A stretch of 64,000 nucleotides of DNA, taken from NCBI GenBank assembly GCA_964291655.2, contig OZ219802.1, positions 1,088,001-1,152,000 on the forward strand, given 5' to 3'. Source of the stretch: Chloroflexota bacterium (GTDB lineage: Bacteria > Chloroflexota > UBA11872 > VXOZ01). Of the stretch, positions 58,524 through 64,000 are shown in pieces; position 1 is the first letter of the stretch; each line of letters starts with the position of its first letter. The notes under the pieces are model-generated. The model ran no database searches. It was not told where the DNA came from and worked only from the letters and a program-made list of their open reading frames with translations. The translations under genes and the position numbers were made by a program.

Positions 58524-60236
58524 CTATTGCGGTATCACCGGCAGTGTCACGTGCGACGGCCGGCTGTGATCGTGAAAGATCGTCTCACGCGCGGTAACCA
58601 GCGTCCCGTCGGCGTAGTCGTCCAGGCCCGTGTTGTGATTGCGGTCGAAGTTGGGAAAGTCGCTGCTGGAGATGTCGATACGCAGGCGATGACCGGCCCT
58701 GAAGAGGTTGCTCGTTGGATTTACATGGATCGTGTACTTGTAGACCCCATTCGGCTCGATGAGCGTGGGTTCCGTGTAGGACTCCCGGTAGCGGGCGCGG
58801 ACGATGCCGTGGCAGAGCTCTTGCGCAAAGCCGTCCGGCCACACGTCGATCAGCTTGACCACAAAGTCGGTATCGCAGGCAGATGATGCCGCCCACAGCG
58901 TGACCGTGATCGGCCCGGTGGCCTCCAGCGGCGTCTCGAGCGGCGGCGTGGCAAAGGTGAGAATGTCCGGCCGGTGCGCCAACGCGCTTTGGTCGTGGGG
59001 CTCTTGCTGGCCGGGACCGGAATAGAGGGTCATCACAGGATCGCGCGGATCGTAGGTGTAGTGGTCCGGCGGCTCCTCGCTGGGCGCTGCCCGCGAAAGC
59101 ACGCCGTCACCAGCAGGCGTATTGGCGTTGCCGCCGCTGTGAAGATAGAAATCCGTGTACTGCGTCCGCGCCAGCGGCCACTCGTTCTCGCCCCGCCATT
59201 GGTTCGCGCCCATCACGAAGAGCTGGATCGGCGGCCAATTTTCGATGCCGCTGGGGTCGTCCTTGAGCCAGGCGCGAAACCAGGCATCGGCAATTGCGTA
59301 GTAATCGCGCACCGCCTTCGGGCCGAAGTCTACCGAACCCACCGTACGGTGAAGATCCACGGCGGTGTGCGTCCACGGGCCGACGATGAGCTTTTGGTTC
59401 TCACGCGCATGTTGGGTCATGCCATTGGCCGTCATGCCAGTAAAGTGCTTGATGGTGCCGATCTGCTGGTCGTACCAGCCGGTAACGCTAAGCACCGGCA
59501 CGTTCACATCCTGGTGCTTCTGCAAGAAGCCAAAGTGGTCGAGCGTGTGGTCTTCCAGCCAGTAACGAAAGTGCGGCGCGACATCTGACAGAACGTGGTC
59601 GGGAATATCCAAAAACGGCAGGAACCACAGCCACTTGGAGCGGTCCTGCTCTTCCCAGATACGCTGGGCCTCCTCAGTGGTGATGGGCCCATCGGTTCTT
59701 CCTGCGCGCAGTCGCAAGTCCGGCGCCAGCGTGTTGACGGACCACCACAGCACACGCCCGAGTCGCAGTACAGCGGAGAGCTCGCGGTCAAGCAAGTTGG
59801 CGGCAATACCGCTGGCGTACATGGTCTTGAGACTTGGCGGCCGGGTGGGGGCAAGTTCCCACTGCGTCCAGCCATTGTACGAGTTGCCAAAGGTACCGAC
59901 CTTGCCGGTGGAACCCGGCAGCCGCGCCGCCCACTCGACCGAGTCGTAGCCGTCCGCAGCGTCATAGGTGTCGCCGCGATAGAAACCGGGGCGAAACTCG
60001 CCATCGGAAGCGTACCGCCCCCGCACGTCCTGCACCACGGCGATATACCCACGCGCGGCAAGCCCTTCGCTGAGACCGTGAGGGCTCTTATTGTACGGCG
60101 TGCGGCACAGCAGCACGGGATACGCGCCGGGCGCTTCAGGACGATACACGTCGGCGCGCAAAATCGTCCCGTCCCGCATAGGTACGGGGACATTTTCCTC
60201 TCGCGTCACGTCGAATGTGCGGTCAGTTTGTGCCAT
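58524..60236 (-). CDS. CocE/NonD family hydrolase
   Basis: VPMRDG, RTPY, QDVRGRY.SDG, GNSYNG, GWYD, GPWTH, SSSDFP.FDRN. Confidence 0.95.
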   Translation of the reverse strand: MAQTDRTFDVTREENVPVPMRDGTILRADVYRPEAPGAYPVLLCRTPYNKSPHGLSEGLAARGYIAVVQDVRGRYASDGEFRPGFYRGDTYDAADGYDSVEWAARLPGSTGKVGTFGNSYNGWTQWELAPTRPPSLKTMYASGIAANLLDRELSAVLRLGRVLWWSVNTLAPDLRLRAGRTDGPITTEEAQRIWEEQDRSKWLWFLPFLDIPDHVLSDVAPHFRYWLEDHTLDHFGFLQKHQDVNVPVLSVTGWYDQQIGTIKHFTGMTANGMTQHARENQKLIVGPWTHTAVDLHRTVGSVDFGPKAVRDYYAIADAWFRAWLKDDPSGIENWPPIQLFVMGANQWRGENEWPLARTQYTDFYLHSGGNANTPAGDGVLSRAAPSEEPPDHYTYDPRDPVMTLYSGPGQQEPHDQSALAHRPDILTFATPPLETPLEATGPITVTLWAASSACDTDFVVKLIDVWPDGFAQELCHGIVRARYRESYTEPTLIEPNGVYKYTIHVNPTSNLFRAGHRLRIDISSSDFPNFDRNHNTGLDDYADGTLVTARETIFHDHSRPSHVTLPVIPQ

Positions 60237-60309
60237 TAGATCTTCTGAACTCTCGAGGAAACCTGCCACTCAACCCCTTGCGATATGGCCTTTGGCCCAC
60301 TTGCTCCGG

Positions 60310-60480
60310 CAGCGCAGACTTGCAACCTGCGCCTTCTTCCGTCATTCCGGCGAACGCCGGAATCCAGTTCTCCGCGAAACGGCCTCAGTGTCTCGGAAAG
60401 CATTCAATCGGTAGAGCTCTTGGATCGGATAGTGCACTGACTTGACCATTCCTGTCATTCCGAGCGCAGCGAGGAATCTA
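60310..60480. repeat. REP-like repeats (GCAGCGCAGACTTGCAACCTGCGC and two GTCATTCC types)
   Basis: uninterrupted GTCATTCC copies at 60341-60366 and 60454-60479. Confidence 0.8.
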
Positions 60481-60532
60481 GAGTGCTTTGCAAAAGAGAT
60501 TGAATACCGAGATTCTCAAACTTCCCAATCAC

Positions 60533-60820
60533 TTAGTGCATTGCACGAGGCATGATGTTTGCAACAGCCTCACTGGTAAGCCGCATATAAGACGCATCGG
60601 GGCAAAGCTCGATGTATTCTCCCCAAGCGATTCCACCTGCCTGCGTAACATGCAACGCCACGAAGAACGAGCGGCTTGACCATTCCTTGAATACACCACG
60701 TCCGGCCAAGTCCGACAGATCGATCTCACCGGCAGCCCCATCTGAGAAACGAATCCAAAAACAGTACCTCTCGAGTGCCTTTACTGCAGTTGGCCTAACT
60801 AGCAACTTTGACGGAAGCAT
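60533..60820 (-). CDS. DUF2442 domain protein
   Basis: VKALERY...IRFSDG..GEIDL...GVF..W...FF....GIAWG..IELCPD..Y. Confidence 0.85.
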   Translation of the reverse strand: MLPSKLLVRPTAVKALERYCFWIRFSDGAAGEIDLSDLAGRGVFKEWSSRSFFVALHVTQAGGIAWGEYIELCPDASYMRLTSEAVANIMPRAMH

Positions 60821-60871
60821 AACCCTGCTCCCAAGCTAATCAATGCTGAACAGCAGCTATTTCATTTAGGG

Positions 60872-61948
60872 TCATTTTATAGAATTCTCAATTCGAGAAA
60901 CCTCAGCCCGGATTCTGTCCGCATGGCTGAAGAGATCGTCCAAGTCTGCCAAGCGAATTCGCTCCTCCGACCTGTTCTCGTCAAACAAAACGATTCTAAG
61001 GGTTGACGTTCTCAGGAGCAGTCTGCAAACGGTCTTTCGATTGTTGTCGTCAAGGAGCACACCACAATAGTACTTCGTAGATCGGAGCCCCAGGCGTCGA
61101 ACATCAATCACATCACGCAAGACTGCCTTGATGATATTGAGAGCATCTACTTCAAGCGAGGTGTATTCCGGTTCATCTACTGAATCGGAAGCAGGTGGGA
61201 ATTCTTCCTCCTGTAGCTTTTGGTCTTCCTGCTCACCCTGTTTCAAGGCAGACTTCAAGCGATCGCTAATTCGATCGTTTATGAACTGCATGAACGCGTG
61301 TCGGACAAGAGGGCCAAACTGCTCTCGAATCGCCTGAGTTGCGAGACCTTCGTATACTCGCTTCACAACAAAGTAAACGAATTCTTCGGACGGATTCTCA
61401 AGTTCACGGGAGATTAACCGCTTGATTTCTGTCGTATACTTCAGTTCCCTGGCAGCATCAACGATCTCATCTAAATTGAAGGCTGCTTTTGTGAATCGCT
61501 TTAGCTCTTCTACCTCCCCCTCGGTAAAGTCGAGCATATTGAACTCGAAGAAGGGCTTCTTGTCCATGACGTTGGGTTGGTCAAGGTCAGCGAAGAACCG
61601 ATACACGACTCCATCAGTGAGAATGCCGAATCGGGCGTCAGTTACCGTGAAGTAGCGAGTGAGTTGGGAAATCTCTGCTTCATCGAGGTTATTGCCGAAT
61701 ATCTTGCACTCAATTAGAATTGCGGGCTTGCATTCTTGCATGAGGGCGTAGTCGACCTTTTCGCCCTTCTTCGAACCCACGTCTGCTGTGAATTCCGGTA
61801 CAACCTCAGTTGGGTCGAAGATTGAATAGCCCATCATCTGTAAGAACGGTAAAACGAGTGCGTTTTTGGTAGCCTCCTCGGTGTCAAGGTGATCGGTTCG
61901 CTCGGCGAACCTGCTTGAGCGTGTACGTACTTCGTCGATGAAGTCCAT
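60872..61948 (-). CDS. stand-alone HsdR-N-like PD-(D/E)xK nuclease domain protein
   Basis: TEEATKNALVLPF, EVVPEF.ADVG.KKGEKVDYA, IECK, QL.RYF, ILTDG..YRF; AT-richer than flanks. Confidence 0.88.
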   Translation of the reverse strand: MDFIDEVRTRSSRFAERTDHLDTEEATKNALVLPFLQMMGYSIFDPTEVVPEFTADVGSKKGEKVDYALMQECKPAILIECKIFGNNLDEAEISQLTRYFTVTDARFGILTDGVVYRFFADLDQPNVMDKKPFFEFNMLDFTEGEVEELKRFTKAAFNLDEIVDAARELKYTTEIKRLISRELENPSEEFVYFVVKRVYEGLATQAIREQFGPLVRHAFMQFINDRISDRLKSALKQGEQEDQKLQEEEFPPASDSVDEPEYTSLEVDALNIIKAVLRDVIDVRRLGLRSTKYYCGVLLDDNNRKTVCRLLLRTSTLRIVLFDENRSEERIRLADLDDLFSHADRIRAEVSRIENSIK

Positions 61949-62174
61949 GTGTAGTGCGTCCTCGCTGATCGCCTAGTGATTTTTTTGTACTTAACTTCGT
62001 TGTGACATAGAAGCAGAAGAACCTCACGGACACTTCTCTTCAAACTTCATAATAGTCAAACCCTTACAGAGGGTCAAAGCACTTTTGACGCTATTGCCCG
62101 TACAACTCTTGGATGCGCCAGGGGATCTAGGAGAACCCCATCAATTGGGACCTCGATCTAGTAGCAGGGACACT

Positions 62175-63365
62175 TCAAACAACCTCCACCGCCGGCGGGG
62201 TGATAAAGTCGTGGTACCGCTCTTTCACTCCCGCATCTTGGGTATTGCCGGTGTGCAGGTAGACGCGGAATTTGCAGCGTAGGCGCGCGCCTTCCGGCAG
62301 GACATAGCTGCCGTCCACGCCGGGATGACCCAGGAACTCGCGCCAGGCGAAGCAATTCGCGTGCATCAGGCCGTAGTTGCGCACGTGCCAGTAGGTAGGG
62401 TAGCGGAAGCTGGTCGGGTGATCGAACACCGCAAGGCCCACCGTCGTGCCGTCCACCGGCCCCACGTAGTCCATCCACTGGGCGCGGAAGCCGAAGCACT
62501 CGTCCTCGCCTCTGCCGCCGTACGCGTTCTCAATCGCGCCGCCGGCGTCCGCGTCCATGCTGCTGGCAACCCGCACCGAGAGCATGGCGCCTTCCTTCGT
62601 ATCGCCAAAGCGCACCGGCCCCTCGGTGGCGTGCAGGGTCACGGCGATATCCATGATGCGCGCGTGCGGCGCGGGGGCATACACCACCACCTGCTTCTCC
62701 TCCGTCACCACCGGCTGCTCGTTGCGGCTCACCCACCGGCTGCGCGAGCGAAACCCGCCGCACACCGGCCCGCTCACATAAGCGCTCCCCGCACCGAAAA
62801 CCGGGGCAAAGGCCGCGTGGCGCTGGTAGCCGTGGTCGTCCAGCTCGCTCCACAGGTCCACGCCGTTCACGTCGCCGTGGGCCACGTGGATCGACTTGTG
62901 ATGCGGGTGGTCGTGCTTCTCGCCCGGCACGTCGGTCACCATGGGATAGCCCCGCGTCATGCCCTGGCCGGTGGGGCCGATCACGGGGTAGAGGAATTGC
63001 TTGTTATGCCGCGCGGCATGGTGATAGGTGGTGAAGAGTTCGCCGTCCAGGTGCACGTCCAGGCCGTATGCACCGTCAGCAACGGTTACGCCCACGTCAT
63101 TGCCGCTTTTGCGGGAATCCAGATTGTCCTTCCCGCTTTCCTCCAGCGTGAACGTCTCACTGGCGTACGCCGCTAGCTCCGGCAGCAGCCAGACCAAGCG
63201 CACGCCGTCCGCCGTCTCCACCGCCTGCGCAGGCAGCACCGCCTTGCTCTCAGCAGACACCACCACGTAGTCCCGCGCCGGATCAAGCCCCGCGCCATTC
63301 ACCCAAACCGGACAATGCCGCCGCGTGTGATTACCGGCGTGGACCGTGAATTGCATACGTGGCAT
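62175..63365 (-). CDS. PmoA-like (DUF6807) family protein
   Basis: FLYPV.GP.G..MTR.YP, DHPHH, FGDTKEG, DHP...YPT.WHVR.YGL. Confidence 0.85.
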   Translation of the reverse strand: MPRMQFTVHAGNHTRRHCPVWVNGAGLDPARDYVVVSAESKAVLPAQAVETADGVRLVWLLPELAAYASETFTLEESGKDNLDSRKSGNDVGVTVADGAYGLDVHLDGELFTTYHHAARHNKQFLYPVIGPTGQGMTRGYPMVTDVPGEKHDHPHHKSIHVAHGDVNGVDLWSELDDHGYQRHAAFAPVFGAGSAYVSGPVCGGFRSRSRWVSRNEQPVVTEEKQVVVYAPAPHARIMDIAVTLHATEGPVRFGDTKEGAMLSVRVASSMDADAGGAIENAYGGRGEDECFGFRAQWMDYVGPVDGTTVGLAVFDHPTSFRYPTYWHVRNYGLMHANCFAWREFLGHPGVDGSYVLPEGARLRCKFRVYLHTGNTQDAGVKERYHDFITPPAVEVV

Positions 63366-63514
63366 AGAACTAATTCTCTCTTGTTTGAGCGTACTGCACG
63401 TTGCCGCTTATCCAAGGTACTCGCAATGAACATATGCGCTGGCAGCGCCATTGTCAACAAAGCCCATACTTCAGTCGCTCCATTCAATAGAGCGAGAACA
63501 GCACAGAGTAAGGA

Positions 63515-63645
63515 AAGGCACAGCCTTCCAGAGAAGGAAGTCAGCCTTCAAGACAAGGAAGCCGGCCTTGACGACAAGGGCTCCGTCTACAAGAGAAGAA
63601 TGCCAGCCCTTTTGAGATTAGACAGCCGTTCTTCAAGACAAGGTC
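63515..63645 (+). repeat. degenerate ~21-bp tandem repeat
   Basis: CAGCCTTCCAGAGAAGGAAGT / CAGCCTTCAAGACAAGGAAGC / CGGCCTTGACGACAAGGGCT. Confidence 0.55.
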
Positions 63646-63689
63646 ACCGGCATTCGGGCTGGTCGCAAGTGCCGCGCCGCAGACATACC

Positions 63690-63727
63690 AAGAGCCGGTG
63701 CCTTGTTACGGGCACCGGCTCTTTCTT
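63690..63727. terminator. intrinsic terminator
   Basis: AAGAGCCGGTGCC-loop-GGCACCGGCTCTTTCTT. Confidence 0.75.
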
Positions 63728-63845
63728 ATTGTCTCGCGAGGCTGTGCGGGCCCCGTGGCCGTTAGTGCGGGGCGGCTACGCCGTCACACTGCCGGTCACT
63801 GCGGCAAGGTTGTTGCCGCGCGCCCGTTCAGCCACTGTGCGCCGG

Positions 63846-64000
63846 TCACTCGCGGCAATTTGGATAGCCGGCAATCTCATCGGTGCCGCTCGACTGCAAC
63901 GGTCGTCCGATGCGGACGCGACCGCGCCAGCCCGTGTCCGCCGAAGTCATGTCGCACCAGTAGAAGCTGCGCGCCTGGAACGTGGCAATATCCGGAATGT
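63846..64000 (-). CDS. 3' end of a gene entering from outside the window
   Basis: open frame ...IPDIATFQARSFYWCDMTSADTGWRGRVRIGRPLQSSGTDEIAGYPNCRE-stop followed by a terminator. Confidence 0.45.
   Translation of the reverse strand, partial: IPDIATFQARSFYWCDMTSADTGWRGRVRIGRPLQSSGTDEIAGYPNCRE

Noticed and set aside
62175-63365. methane monooxygenase implied by the PmoA family name
   Set aside because: Soluble protein with no TM helices and no pmoCB; the family label does not indicate pMMO.

Overview
A GC-rich bacterial chromosomal window of about 50 CDSs. The Pro/Thr-linker lipoproteins, gene content and repeat families suggest Chloroflexota, possibly host-associated; this is inference only. 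Housekeeping genes (dapF, miaA, RsuA/RluB-family pseudouridine synthase, cmk, a solo groEL, ctaA, UbiA-family prenyltransferase, copA) are mixed with many catabolic enzymes (hydantoinase/oxoprolinase A+B, class III aminotransferases, GMC oxidoreductase, PhyH dioxygenase, sulfatase, CocE hydrolase, UxaA/SuyB). No rRNA, tRNA, CRISPR array or intact transposase was seen. The most unusual signals are: (i) a layered system of intergenic palindromic repeats in which at least three non-autonomous MITE-like families sit at fixed positions inside REP-like hairpins, including three TGT...ACA/ACG elements that all duplicate the same ATTCC pentamer of one repeat family; (ii) three tandem paralogous lipoproteins sharing an unrecognised two-cysteine domain; (iii) a lipoprotein made only of four tandem Cache domains; (iv) two apparent pseudoenzymes, an Lnt lacking its catalytic Cys and an M55/DppA peptidase lacking its metal ligands; and (v) a frameshifted DUF1640-like gene. 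Many CDS starts were refined by eye from RBS position and homology, and family calls are motif recognition without database searches.
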